Assembly: GCA_943787795.1 (NCBI GenBank) | Contig: CALSNU010000004.1 | Location: forward strand, 32,001-96,000 | Length of the DNA: 64,000 nucleotides | DNA from: an uncultured bacterium | GTDB taxonomy: Bacteria > Planctomycetota > UBA1135 > GCA-002686595 | Direction of reading: 5' to 3' | In this document: positions 17,919-27,916 of the stretch, piece by piece | How positions within the stretch are numbered: position 1 is the stretch's first letter | Layout of the letters: the number at the start of each line of letters is the position of its first letter | Position numbers and translations under genes: made by a program | Notes under the pieces: model-generated | What the model was told of the DNA's origin: nothing | The model's database searches: none | The model's input: the letters and a program-made list of their open reading frames with translations, nothing else

Positions 17919-20900
17919 ATGGCCGCGCCCGACTTCGTCCACCTTCACGTCCACTCGGAGTACAGCCTCCTCGACGGTGCCAACCGGATCGGCGACCTCG
18001 TCAAGGCCTGCAAGACGGACGGGCAGCGCGCGCTCGCGTTGACGGATCACGGGAACATGCACGGGGCGGTAGAGCTCTACCAGAAGGCCCACGCTGGCGA
18101 CATCAAGCCGCTGCTCGGGTGCGAGGTCTACATCGCCAAGCGGTCGATGCATGAGAAGCACTCCAAGAAGAACGGCAACGGCTACAGCCACCTGACGCTG
18201 CTGGCGCGCACCAACGAGGGCTACCAGAACCTCGTCAAGCTCACGAGCGCGGGCTTCGTGGACGGCTTCCACTTCAAACCGCGCATCGACATGGATCTCC
18301 TCCGCGAGCACGCGTCGGGGATCTCTTGCCTGTCGGGCTGCCTGGCCGGCGAGATCAACCAGCTCACGCGAACAGGAAAGGAGAACGAGGCTGAGGACCT
18401 CGCCTCGGGGCTGCGGGACCTCTTCGGTCCGGAGCACTTCTGGCTCGAGCTCCAGCGCAACGGCCTCAACATTCAGGCCGACGCCAACGAGGCGCTGGTG
18501 CGGATCCACGAGCGCACCGGCATCCCCCTCGTCGCCACCAACGACATCCACTACCTGCGAGCCGAGGACTGCCACGCTCAGGATGTCCTGCTCTGCATCA
18601 ACACCGGGGCCAAGAAGGACGAGAAGGACCGCTTCCGCTTCGAGACCGACACGCTGTTCTTCAAGTCGCGGGAGGAGATGTCGCACATGTTCCGCGACCT
18701 CCCCGACTCTGTGAAGGCGACCAACGACGTGGCGGACCAGGTCGACGTCAAGCTCACCTTTGGGGAGTACCACGTTCCGGAGTTCGAGAGCGGGACGGGC
18801 GAGACCGCGGACGCGCTCTTCGACCGACTGCTCGAGGAGCGCCTGGTCGAGCTCTACGGAACGGACAGCCAGGCGGCCCGGGATCGCCTCGAGCGCGAGA
18901 AGTCGATCATCCGGGAGCTGGGCTTCGTCTCGTACTTCCTCATCGTCTGGGACCTGATCAAGTGGGCCCGCGACCACGACATCGCCGTCGGCCCCGGCCG
19001 CGGCTCCGCGGCCGGCTCCATCGTCGCGTACCTGCTCGACATCACCCGCCTCTGCCCCCTCAAGTACGACCTGCTCTTCGAGCGCTTCCTGAACTCGAGC
19101 CGCGTCTCGATGCCCGACATCGACATCGACTTCTGCAAGGAGGGTCGCGAGCGGGTGATCGAGTACACGCGAGAGAGGTACGGTCGCGAGTGCGTCACCC
19201 AGATCGTGACGTTCGGGACGATGGCCTCTCGGACGGTGGTCCGGGACGTCGGGCGGGTCCTCGACTTGCCCCTCAACGAGATCAACAAGATCTCGAAGAA
19301 GATCCCCGCGGGTCCGGGCGCGCCGCCGCTGGCGAAGGCGCTGGAAGAGGACAGTGACCTCCAGGCGTTCCGAGACCAGGGGCCTCGGTGGAAGGAGCTG
19401 TTCCAGTACTCGGTGTCCCTCGAGGGCATGTCCCGCCACGTGTCGACCCACGCCGCCGGCGTGGTCATCACCCCCGGGCCGACGGTGGACTACGTCCCGC
19501 TGGGCCGCAACGGCGATGACATCACCACCCAGTACCCTGCGCCGCAGCTCGAGGAGCTCGGGCTCCTCAAGATGGACTACCTGGGGCTCCGGACCCTGAC
19601 CATCATCGAGCGCTGCCTGGACAACATCCGCCGGCGAGGACTTGAGGCGCCCGTCATGGACGAGCTGCCCCTCGACGACCCCGGCGTCTTCCAGCTGCTC
19701 ATGGCCGGTGACACGCTCGGCGTGTTCCAGCTCGAGTCCGAGGGCATGCGCAAGCTCCTCTCACGGCTCAAGCCGGACTGCTTCGACGACGTGATCGCCG
19801 TGCTGGCGCTCTACCGACCGGGCCCCCTCGAGTCCGGAATGGTCGACATGTTCGTCGACCGAAAGCACGGGCGGGAGGAGATCTCCTACCCCCACGAGAG
19901 CCTCATCCCGATCCTCGACAGCACCTACGGTTGCCTCGTCTATCAGGAGCAGGTGATGCTCGCCTCGGTGGAGCTGTCGGGCTTCTCGCTGAACGACGCA
20001 GACAATCTGCGGAAGGCGATGGGCAAGAAGAAGCCGGAGATCATGCAGAAGTTCTCGGCCCAGTTCATCGAGGGCGCCGTGGCCAACGGCTGCGTCGAGG
20101 ACATTGCGCGGAACACCTGGGACAACATCATCAAGTTCGGCGGGTACGGCTTCAACAAGTCCCACTCTGCGGCCTACGCGCTGATCACTTATCAGACCGC
20201 CTACCTCAAGGCCCATCACCGGACGGACTTCCTCGCGGCGAACTTCTCCTGCGAGATGAGCGACTCCAACAAGATCAAGGACTTCATCGACGACTCGAAG
20301 CGGTCCGACATCTCGATCCTGATGCCGAGCGCCATCGAGTCCGAGTGGGAGTTTCGCCCCACCACCACCGACGACGGCGGCGAGGCCATCCGCTTCGGCA
20401 TTGGCGCAGTGAAGGGGACCGGGCGCGCGGCGATCGAGGCGATGGTCGCGACCCGCAGCGAGCTCGAAGAGAAGGAGGACCCGCTCAACTTCCACTCCCT
20501 CGTGACCGCGGTTGACCCCCACGACATGGGCAAGATTGCCTGGGAGGCCCTCATCAAGTCCGGCGCCTTCGACGAGCTGGGGCACAACAGAGGCTCACTC
20601 CTCGCCGCGCTGGACTCGGCCATGACGGACGCGAGCAGCGCCGCCAAGGACCGGCGAAGCGGACAGTCCTCCATGTTCGACGCCTTCGGAGGCGCCGAGG
20701 AGCCCGAGGATGACCATGAGGTCGGCATCGACGACAGCTTCGCGATCGAGAAGGCCGAGGCGCTCAGGCTCGAGTACGAGGTGCTCGGTTTCTACCTCTC
20801 CGGACACCCCCTCGAGGAGCGCGCGGGGCTGGTGTCGCTGCTCTCCTCGTGCCCCATCCGCAAGCTCCCGGAGCTCGCCAGCCGCGAGGGCACCGTCCGA

Positions 20901-21398
20901 CTCGCAGGCCTCGTCCTGCAGAAGGCCGAGCTCGTGGTGAAGTCTGGCCGCATGGCGGGCTCGAAGATGTGCCGCTTCCGTCTCGAGGACCTCTCGGGGT
21001 CTGTGGGCGTCACATGCTTCCCGCGAACCTACGAGACCGCCAGGGATCTCATCGAGGACGGCGCGGTCCTGTTCTGTACCGGCAAGCTGGAGGACGGGGC
21101 CGACGAGCCGGCCATGCTCCTGGATGAGGTCATGAGCCTCTCCGACGCCCTCAAGCGCTTCCGCGGCGGGCTGGAACTCAAGGTCTCCCCCGCCGACCGC
21201 GGCAAGCTCAAGGACCTCAGGGACATGTGCGCGCGCCACCCTGGCGAGAACCCCCTCTTCTTCCAGGCCCTGGGCGAGGATGGCTTCACGCGACGCGTCC
21301 GCGCGAGCAAGGAGCGCGGCGTCACCATCTCCGAGGAGTTGGCAGGCGAGCTGTGCGACCTCCTCGGACATGACCGGGTCGGCATCGTACGGGTCTGA
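17919..21398 (+). CDS. dnaE: DNA polymerase III subunit alpha
   Basis: FVHLHVHSEYSLLDG, LTDHGN, TNDIHY, GPGRGSAAGS, SMPDIDIDF, FNKSHSAAY, LGFYLSGHP. Confidence 0.98.
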   Translation: MAAPDFVHLHVHSEYSLLDGANRIGDLVKACKTDGQRALALTDHGNMHGAVELYQKAHAGDIKPLLGCEVYIAKRSMHEKHSKKNGNGYSHLTLLARTNEGYQNLVKLTSAGFVDGFHFKPRIDMDLLREHASGISCLSGCLAGEINQLTRTGKENEAEDLASGLRDLFGPEHFWLELQRNGLNIQADANEALVRIHERTGIPLVATNDIHYLRAEDCHAQDVLLCINTGAKKDEKDRFRFETDTLFFKSREEMSHMFRDLPDSVKATNDVADQVDVKLTFGEYHVPEFESGTGETADALFDRLLEERLVELYGTDSQAARDRLEREKSIIRELGFVSYFLIVWDLIKWARDHDIAVGPGRGSAAGSIVAYLLDITRLCPLKYDLLFERFLNSSRVSMPDIDIDFCKEGRERVIEYTRERYGRECVTQIVTFGTMASRTVVRDVGRVLDLPLNEINKISKKIPAGPGAPPLAKALEEDSDLQAFRDQGPRWKELFQYSVSLEGMSRHVSTHAAGVVITPGPTVDYVPLGRNGDDITTQYPAPQLEELGLLKMDYLGLRTLTIIERCLDNIRRRGLEAPVMDELPLDDPGVFQLLMAGDTLGVFQLESEGMRKLLSRLKPDCFDDVIAVLALYRPGPLESGMVDMFVDRKHGREEISYPHESLIPILDSTYGCLVYQEQVMLASVELSGFSLNDADNLRKAMGKKKPEIMQKFSAQFIEGAVANGCVEDIARNTWDNIIKFGGYGFNKSHSAAYALITYQTAYLKAHHRTDFLAANFSCEMSDSNKIKDFIDDSKRSDISILMPSAIESEWEFRPTTTDDGGEAIRFGIGAVKGTGRAAIEAMVATRSELEEKEDPLNFHSLVTAVDPHDMGKIAWEALIKSGAFDELGHNRGSLLAALDSAMTDASSAAKDRRSGQSSMFDAFGGAEEPEDDHEVGIDDSFAIEKAEALRLEYEVLGFYLSGHPLEERAGLVSLLSSCPIRKLPELASREGTVRLAGLVLQKAELVVKSGRMAGSKMCRFRLEDLSGSVGVTCFPRTYETARDLIEDGAVLFCTGKLEDGADEPAMLLDEVMSLSDALKRFRGGLELKVSPADRGKLKDLRDMCARHPGENPLFFQALGEDGFTRRVRASKERGVTISEELAGELCDLLGHDRVGIVRV

Positions 21399-21530
21399 CG
21401 AGGTCCTCGCGGGCCTGACGGGCCCTGCCAGGTCTCGCCGGCCTGAGGGGCCCTGCCCGTCCTCGCCGCCCTGATGGAACAGAGGCGGCGCCCGGTCAGC
21501 GCTGATGCTGATGAGGGCCCGACCGGCCCG

Positions 21531-21626
21531 GAGCTGAACCTGCTCGAGGCTGAGTCTGCTCGGGGCTGAACCTGTTCGAGGCGGGGCGTGATCCGGACTG
21601 GACCTGCTCGGGGCCGAGCCCCGAGG
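21531..21626. repeat. Degenerate 16-bp tandem repeat, about 5-6 units, between convergent dnaE and adk
   Basis: gagctgaacctgctcg / aggctgagtctgctcg / gggctgaacctgttcg / aggcggggcgtgatcc / ggactggacctgctcg / gggccgagccccgagg. Confidence 0.75.
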
Positions 21627-21637
21627 GGAGGGCTGAC

Positions 21638-21690
21638 CAAGACAAACGGCGACCGTTCCCCGGGGAACAGCCGCCGTCTTGTGCGTCTTG
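21638..21690. terminator. Hairpin between convergent adk and dnaE (likely bidirectional terminator)
   Basis: acggcg..gttccc-cg-gggaac..cgccgt flanked by complementary caagac/gtcttg. Confidence 0.6.
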
Positions 21691-21723
21691 AGGCCAGCGA
21701 GTGGCCCCCGTGGCGGGTCGCCG

Positions 21724-22296
21724 TCAGACCACCGCCCGGATGCGCTCGGCGACCTCTTCGATGGAACCGACGCCGTCGACGAAGTGGAGCGGGACCTCGC
21801 CCTGCCCCTCGTAGTAGGCGACGCAGGGCTCCGACTGGTCCTTGTAGGTCGCGATGCGGCGCTTGATGACCTCGGGGTCCGCGTCGTCCGCGCGGCTCTC
21901 CTTCTCCGCGCGCCCCTTGAGCCGCGCCATGAGCTCGTCATCCGGGACGGTGAGCACCACCACCCCGGCCAGCTTGGTCCCCTTCCCGGCGAGAAACCCG
22001 TCGAGCCAGGCCGCCTGCGGCACGTTGCGCGGGAAGCCGTCCAGGAGCACACCACCGGCGACGTCGCTCTGATGGAGACGATCCGCCACGAGGCGGTTCG
22101 TCAGCGAATCAGGTACGAGCGTCCCGGACGCGAGGAGACTCTGGACCTCCTTGCCGAGGTCCGTGCCCCCCTGGATGTTCGCGCGAAACATATCCCCAGT
22201 GGAGACGTGAGGCACGTCCAGGTGCTCCTTGAGCGAATGGGCCTGCGTGCCCTTCCCCGCTGCGGGAGGACCGAAGATCAGGAAGTGGCGAGTCAC
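21724..22296 (-). CDS. adk: Adenylate kinase (short-LID type)
   Basis: GTG start; FGPPAAGKGTQ, HVSTGDMFR, LVPD, LLDGFPRN, RADD. Confidence 0.96.
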   Translation of the reverse strand: MTRHFLIFGPPAAGKGTQAHSLKEHLDVPHVSTGDMFRANIQGGTDLGKEVQSLLASGTLVPDSLTNRLVADRLHQSDVAGGVLLDGFPRNVPQAAWLDGFLAGKGTKLAGVVVLTVPDDELMARLKGRAEKESRADDADPEVIKRRIATYKDQSEPCVAYYEGQGEVPLHFVDGVGSIEEVAERIRAVV

Positions 22297-22306
22297 TGGC
22301 GACGGC

Positions 22307-22711
22307 TCACTCGGCAGCGGTCTCGGGCTCAGCCACGACCTCTTCGCGAGGCGTCCGCTCGACGAACTCCAGGATCGCACGCTCGCCGTTGTCGCCGAGG
22401 CGGCGCTTGGCAAGCTTGATGATCCGGCAGTAGCCGCCAGGACGCTCCGAGAAACGCGGACCGAGCACGTCGAACAGCTTGATGGTGCCGTCCTTGCTGC
22501 GCAACTTCGAGAACGCGCGGCGGCGGTTGTGCTGAGAGGGGTCCTTGGCCATCGTCACCAGCTTCTCGACGAAGGGCTTGACGGCCTTCGCCTTCTGAAC
22601 GGTGGTGATGATGCGCTCGTGCTCGATCAGCGACGCAGCCATGTTTCGAGTCATGGCAATACGGTGACTGGTGGTTCGGCCGAGCTTGTAACCGGCAACG
22701 CGGTGTCGCAT
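22307..22711 (-). CDS. rplQ: 50S ribosomal protein bL17
   Basis: [30 protein letters not shown]. Confidence 0.98.
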   Translation of the reverse strand: MRHRVAGYKLGRTTSHRIAMTRNMAASLIEHERIITTVQKAKAVKPFVEKLVTMAKDPSQHNRRRAFSKLRSKDGTIKLFDVLGPRFSERPGGYCRIIKLAKRRLGDNGERAILEFVERTPREEVVAEPETAAE

Positions 22712-22821
22712 GGGTCTTTCGTGGTCTCGCGCCCACCGTTGACCGGCAGACGTCCCCGTTAGAGGGGATCTTCAGGGGGGTGTCGGGAGCGGCCGGAGTC
22801 GGCCGCGCCCGTCGTTCAGGT

Positions 22822-23814
22822 TCAGTCGACGCGCATGCCCAGCGACAGGCCGCGCTCCGCGAGCTTGGCCTTGATCTCCGTGAGGGAGGTCTTGCCGAGG
22901 TTCTTGAGGTTGATGACGTCGTTCTCCGACATCGTCACGAGGTCGTAGAGGGTCTGCAGGTTGGCGCCGTCCAGGCAGTTACGGGCGCGGACGGACAGCT
23001 CCAGCTCTGCGATGGGCGCCTCGAGGAGGCGAGTCAACTCGCTGTCCTCCTGACGCTTGGGGTTGAACTCCGACGACTGAGGAGTCTCCAGCAGCGGCGT
23101 CCCGTCCCTCGTCTCACCCTGGAGGATGAACGGGTTGAGGTGCTTGCGGTAGATCTTGGCGGCCTCGGTCAGCGCCAGCTGGGGCGTCACCGTGCCATCC
23201 GTCCAGACCTCCAAGATCAGCCGGTCGTAGTTCGTGAACTTGCCGACGCGGGTGGCCTCGATGGAGTATCGAACGCGCTGCACGGGCGAGTAGCTCGAGT
23301 CGACCGGGATCGTACCGAGCTCCTGCCCCTCCATGCGGTTCTCCTCTGCGGGCATGTAGCCACGGCCGCGCTGCACCTCGAGCTCGATGTCGAGCTCGCG
23401 GTCCATCGTGAGCGTGCAGATGTGGAGGTCCTCGTTGATGACCTGCGCTCCACCTTCACACTCCACGTCTGCGCCCGTCACCGCACCTTCGCTCGAGCGC
23501 TGGATGCGGCAGGTGATGACATCATCCCCGTCGTACTCCACGCGCAGGCGCTTCAGGTTCAGGATGATGTCGGCGACGTCCTCGTAGACGCCTTCGAGGC
23601 TATCGAACTCGTGGTTCGCGCCCTCGATACGGACGGCCGTGACGGCGCAGCCCTCGATGGACGAGAGCAGGACTCGACGCAGGCCATTGCCGATGGTGTG
23701 CCCGAAGCCACGCTCAAAGGGATCGATCAGGAACCGACCGTATTCTTCGGTCAGCGACTCCTGCTCAGCCTCGACGCGCGAGGGAAGTTCAAAGTTACGC
23801 CAGCGGATCCTCAT
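22822..23814 (-). CDS. rpoA: RNA polymerase subunit alpha
   Basis: PFERGFGHTIGNGLRRVLLSS, IILNLK, ELELSVRARNCL, NLGKTSL. Confidence 0.98.
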   Translation of the reverse strand: MRIRWRNFELPSRVEAEQESLTEEYGRFLIDPFERGFGHTIGNGLRRVLLSSIEGCAVTAVRIEGANHEFDSLEGVYEDVADIILNLKRLRVEYDGDDVITCRIQRSSEGAVTGADVECEGGAQVINEDLHICTLTMDRELDIELEVQRGRGYMPAEENRMEGQELGTIPVDSSYSPVQRVRYSIEATRVGKFTNYDRLILEVWTDGTVTPQLALTEAAKIYRKHLNPFILQGETRDGTPLLETPQSSEFNPKRQEDSELTRLLEAPIAELELSVRARNCLDGANLQTLYDLVTMSENDVINLKNLGKTSLTEIKAKLAERGLSLGMRVD

Positions 23815-24001
23815 TTTCTTGGGCCCTCTAAGAGGGAACGGCCAGGAGCGGCAGCGCCGCGGCCTTGATGCCGTATGGGGGGATTCGGAGTTGAAAGGGG
23901 GACGGTTTGGGGGGAGCGCCGCGACCGCTGAACCACCCCACGGAGGGGCGGGTCGTCAGCCGCGGAGCCAACCATCGTGAGCTCCGAAGAGCTCACTCGA
24001 A

Positions 24002-24631
24002 TCACTTGGAGCAGAGCTCGACGATGAGCTGCTCCTGGATCGGGAACTGGAAGTCTTCGCGCTTGGGCAGCGAGGAGACAGAGATCGCCATTCCGTCGGC
24101 GTCAACGCTGAGCCAGTCCGGCTGAAGGCCGCCCTTGTTCACGTCAATGAAGCCAGAGATGATCTTCTTGGTGTTCTCCTTGTCGCGCGGCTGGAGCACG
24201 TCGCCAGGACGGACACGGTACGACGGGATCGTCACGCGCTTGCCGTTCACGAGGAAGTGGCCGTGGTTGACCATCTGCCGCGCCTGAGCGAGGGTCGTCG
24301 CGAAGCCTCCGGCCAGCACGACGTTGTCCATCCGGCGGCTGAGGAGGGCGAGCAGGTTCTCACCTGTGTTGCCCTTCATGCGCTCGGCCTCGGCGAAGTA
24401 GCGCTTGAACTGACGTTCAAGCACGCCGAAGACGCGCTTCAGCTTCTGCTTCTCCCGCAGGCGGACACCGTACTCGGTGACCTTACGCCGGCTCTGCGCG
24501 TGAACTCCGGGCGGGTAATCCCGACGCTGGAGCACGGCCACTTTGCCGCTCGAGGTGTTCTGGCCGAGGAAGAAGAGGTTCATCCCCTCTCGACGGCACT
24601 GCTTGATCTTGGGTCCGGTGTAACGAGCCAT
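24002..24631 (-). CDS. rpsD: 30S ribosomal protein uS4
   Basis: MARYTGP, LREKQKLK, ARQMVNHGH, LIVELCSK. Confidence 0.98.
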   Translation of the reverse strand: MARYTGPKIKQCRREGMNLFFLGQNTSSGKVAVLQRRDYPPGVHAQSRRKVTEYGVRLREKQKLKRVFGVLERQFKRYFAEAERMKGNTGENLLALLSRRMDNVVLAGGFATTLAQARQMVNHGHFLVNGKRVTIPSYRVRPGDVLQPRDKENTKKIISGFIDVNKGGLQPDWLSVDADGMAISVSSLPKREDFQFPIQEQLIVELCSK

Positions 24632-24684
24632 ATTGGTCCTAGGCTGGTCCTGGTCCTACTTGGTGAGCTGCGCGAAAAGCGCGA

Positions 24685-25065
24685 TCAGACGCGGCGACGC
24701 TTCTTAGCGCGGCAGCCGTTGTGCGGAAGCGGGGTGACGTCCTCGATGGAGGACACGCGGAGACCGGCGTTTGCCAGGGCTCGGACGGCCGACTCGCGAC
24801 CAGATCCAGCGCCCTTGACGCGCACCTCGACCTCCTTGAGGCCATGACGCATGGCGGCCTGAGCCGCGTTATCTGCAGCGCGCTGGGCGGCGAAGGGGGT
24901 GCTCTTACGAGTCCCCTTGAAGCCCTGACTGCCTGCGGTGCCCCACGAAATCGTGTTGCCCGCGGGATCGGTGATCGTCACGTGAGTGTTGTTGAAAGAC
25001 GACTTCACGTGGACGATGCCCTTGACGATGTTCTTCTTCGCCTTGCGCTTCGTGCTCTTAGCCAT
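24685..25065 (-). CDS. rpsK: 30S ribosomal protein uS11
   Basis: [27 protein letters not shown]. Confidence 0.98.
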   Translation of the reverse strand: MAKSTKRKAKKNIVKGIVHVKSSFNNTHVTITDPAGNTISWGTAGSQGFKGTRKSTPFAAQRAADNAAQAAMRHGLKEVEVRVKGAGSGRESAVRALANAGLRVSSIEDVTPLPHNGCRAKKRRRV

Positions 25066-25148
25066 GGATCTGTATCGGGTCGGAGTGCAGGTTCAGCGAG
25101 CGGAGCTCGCCAAGGCCTGCGGGGTGTTTCGGGGTGCCGTGCGCTCGG

Positions 25149-25526
25149 TCACTTCTTGATGGACTTCTTGCCAGCGACCGTCTTCTTCGGTCCCTTGCGC
25201 GAACGGGCGTTGGTCCGGGTCCTTTGACCGCGCACCGGGAGGCCGCGCCGGTGACGAAGGCCGCGGTAGCAGCCGATGTCACGGAGGCGTGTGATGGCCT
25301 GCGCCAGGGAACGCCGAAGTTCTCCCTCGACGTTGTAGTTCTTCTGCAGGTGCGTCGCGATCGCGGTGACCTGCTCCTCGTTGAGGTCCCGGGACTTCAT
25401 GCCCGGGTCGAGGTTGAGGTCGCGACAGACGTCCAGGGCCGTCTTGCGGCCTACGCCGAAGATGTAGGTCAGGCTGATCTCCAAACGTTTGTCGTTCGGA
25501 ATGTCGACGCCGATGACGCGTGCCAT
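25149..25526 (-). CDS. rpsM: 30S ribosomal protein uS13
   Basis: [32 protein letters not shown]. Confidence 0.98.
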   Translation of the reverse strand: MARVIGVDIPNDKRLEISLTYIFGVGRKTALDVCRDLNLDPGMKSRDLNEEQVTAIATHLQKNYNVEGELRRSLAQAITRLRDIGCYRGLRHRRGLPVRGQRTRTNARSRKGPKKTVAGKKSIKK

Positions 25527-25604
25527 TGGATGGTGGGGTGAGGGGATGCTGTCCGGCGGTTAGAGCCGGACGGGTCGCTGGTGGAATGAGGGGGGCGCGG
25601 GGGC

Positions 25605-25724
25605 TTACTTGCCCTGGCGCTGCTTGTGACGGGGGTCCGCGTTGCAGATGACTCGCACCACGCCGCGACGGCGGACGATCTTGCAGGAGGAGCACATGCG
25701 ACGGACGCTGCTTCGAACTTTCAT
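25605..25724 (-). CDS. rpmJ: 50S ribosomal protein bL36 (Zn-binding C+ form)
   Basis: Manual translation [39 protein letters not shown]; not in the ORF track. Confidence 0.96.
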   Translation of the reverse strand: MKVRSSVRRMCSSCKIVRRRGVVRVICNADPRHKQRQGK

Positions 25725-25981
25725 CTTCTTCTTCTCCTCCGGCCGCGGCCGCCACGACGGCGACGCTCACCTCGGCAGGTGATTCGGCCCTTGGTCAGGT
25801 CATAGGGGGACATCTCGACGGTGATCTTGTCGCCGGGGAGGATGCGGATGTAGTGCATCCGCATCTTGCCGGAGACGTGTGCGAGGATCTCGTGGCCGGA
25901 CTCCAGCTTCGCCCTGAATCGGGCGTTGGGCAGAGCCTCGGTAACGATGGCCTCGACGGTGATCGGTTCTTCCTTCGCCAT
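25721..25981 (-). CDS. infA: Translation initiation factor IF-1 with Arg-rich C-terminal tail
   Basis: [33 protein letters not shown]. Confidence 0.97.
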   Translation of the reverse strand: MAKEEPITVEAIVTEALPNARFRAKLESGHEILAHVSGKMRMHYIRILPGDKITVEMSPYDLTKGRITCRGERRRRGGRGRRRRRR

Positions 25982-25987
25982 AGGTTG

Positions 25988-27358
25988 CTACTCGGTACCG
26001 CCTTCGGAGGCACCGTCAGGCTTGGTCCAGGACGCGTTGCCGCGGGCCTGTCCCTTGCGCTTGCCTGACCCACCGGCGGCGGGGCCACTCGGGGCCGCTC
26101 CGCCGTCGTAGGCCTTCATGACGAGCTGAGCCTGGAGCTTGTCGACAAGCTCGAGCGCAACACCCACGACGATCAGCACGCTGGTGCCGCCGAGGAAGTA
26201 ACGCATCTCCAGGGTCAGGTTGGAATTCTTGGTGATGAAGTTCGGGAGCACCGCGATGACGGCGAGGAACGCCGCGCCAGCAAGGGTGATCCGAGTCAAC
26301 ACACTTGACAGGTACTCGGCAGTCTTCGCTCCGGGGCGGATCCCCGGGATGAAGGAGCCGTTCTCCCTGAGGTTCTTCGCGATCTCGTCCGGCTGGAACA
26401 TCAGACGGTTCCAGAAGAAGCAGAACGAGAAGATGAGGACCAGGTAGATGGCCGTGTAGACGAAGCCTGTCGGGTCCTGGAACATCCGCGTTCCGTAGTC
26501 CCAGCCGACCCAGTCGAACAGGATGCCGGGGATCACGAAGAGGACCGAGGCGAAGATGATCGGCATGACGCCAGCCATGTTGACCTTCAGCGGCAGGAAG
26601 TGACGCTGTCCCCCATAGACGCGACGGCCGCGCTGCAGGCGTGCGTACTGGATCGGGATCCGTCGCGCCCCTTTGTGCATGAAGACCACCACGAAGATGG
26701 TCACGGCCCAGACGAGCAGGAGGAACACCATGATGTTCCAGAACTCGTCGCTCCCGCGCAGGTTGAGGATGCTCGAGGGCAGCGAGGCGATGATGCCCGC
26801 CATGATGATCAGCGAGGCGCCGTTTCCGACCCCGTACTCGGTGATGAGCTCACCGATCCACATCACGAGCAGCGCGCCGGTCACCAGAGCGCCGATGACG
26901 ATGAAGGCCAGAGCGACCTTGTTCCCCGCCATGGACGAGTCGAGCATCTCCGGACGCGCAAGGAAGACGCCGGTGTAGATGAAGATGGCCTGGACCAGCG
27001 CGATGGGCACGGTGGTCAAACGAGTCCACTGGGTGATCTTCTTCTGCCCCGCTGCGCCCTCCTTGGACACCGCCTCGAGGGCAGGTGACACCTTGGTGAG
27101 CATCGAGAAGATGATCGACGCCGAGATGAACGGCATGATCCCGAGGGAGAAGATCGTCTGGGAACCGATCGCCCCCCCCGACAGCGCGGACAGGAGGCCG
27201 AAGATCCCCTCGTTGGCCTGCTCGTCCAGATACTGGGGGCTCATCCCCGGGATGGGGATCTGAAAGCCGACCCTGTACGCGATCAGAAGGCCCAGCGTGC
27301 GAAAGATTCGCTGCCGGGTCTCCGGGATCTTGAACAGCTTGAGGAAGTTGTTCTCCAC
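25988..27358 (-). CDS. secY: Preprotein translocase subunit SecY
   Basis: Likely GTG start; IFSLGIMPFISASII, GVGNGASLII, NMAGVMPIIFA, FIPGIRPG, GGTSVLIVVGV. Confidence 0.98.
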   Translation of the reverse strand: MENNFLKLFKIPETRQRIFRTLGLLIAYRVGFQIPIPGMSPQYLDEQANEGIFGLLSALSGGAIGSQTIFSLGIMPFISASIIFSMLTKVSPALEAVSKEGAAGQKKITQWTRLTTVPIALVQAIFIYTGVFLARPEMLDSSMAGNKVALAFIVIGALVTGALLVMWIGELITEYGVGNGASLIIMAGIIASLPSSILNLRGSDEFWNIMVFLLLVWAVTIFVVVFMHKGARRIPIQYARLQRGRRVYGGQRHFLPLKVNMAGVMPIIFASVLFVIPGILFDWVGWDYGTRMFQDPTGFVYTAIYLVLIFSFCFFWNRLMFQPDEIAKNLRENGSFIPGIRPGAKTAEYLSSVLTRITLAGAAFLAVIAVLPNFITKNSNLTLEMRYFLGGTSVLIVVGVALELVDKLQAQLVMKAYDGGAAPSGPAAGGSGKRKGQARGNASWTKPDGASEGGTE

Positions 27359-27401
27359 TGGGTGTGTGCGGTGGTGGCCGAGGGGGGAAAGGGAGGGTGA
27401 A

Positions 27402-27881
27402 TCAGGCGTCGCTGGCGGCGGCCTCGCGGCCACGACCATCAAGCTCGACGACGGTGCCGCCGGCCTTCTCGATCTTCTCGCGTGCGGTCTTCGAGAAGCG
27501 CTGGGCGCGGACGGTCAGCTTGGTGCTGAGGTCGCCGTTCCCGAGGAGCTTGAGGAGCTCGGTGTTCTTGGACGCCAGGCCCTTGGCCAGGATCGCGTCG
27601 AGGTCGACGGTGGCGCCGTCATCAAACGAGTCCAGGAGACCCACGTTGAGGATCGTGTAGTCCGTACGGAAGCGAGCGTTGGTGAAGCCACGCTTAGGTA
27701 CCTGACGGTAGATCGGCATCTGGCCACCCTCGTAGCCAGCACGGCGGCTGGCACCCGAGCGCTGACCGCGACCCTTGTGGCCACGGCCGGAGGTCTTGCC
27801 ATTACCGCTACCGGTACCGCGACCCACGCGCTGGCGGGTCTCGTACTTGGTGCCCTTTGAGCAGACAGTCTTGAGGTCCAT
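27402..27881 (-). CDS. rplO: 50S ribosomal protein uL15
   Basis: RVGRGTGSGNGKTSGRGHKG, EGGQMP, PKRGF. Confidence 0.98.
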   Translation of the reverse strand: MDLKTVCSKGTKYETRQRVGRGTGSGNGKTSGRGHKGRGQRSGASRRAGYEGGQMPIYRQVPKRGFTNARFRTDYTILNVGLLDSFDDGATVDLDAILAKGLASKNTELLKLLGNGDLSTKLTVRAQRFSKTAREKIEKAGGTVVELDGRGREAAASDA

Positions 27882-27916
27882 GTCTTCTTAGGTGTCTCGG
27901 AGGATGAGCGGCGGGA

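Noticed and set aside
17919..21398. Intein or split in dnaE
   Set aside because: Normal length (1159 aa), continuous motifs, no intein signatures.
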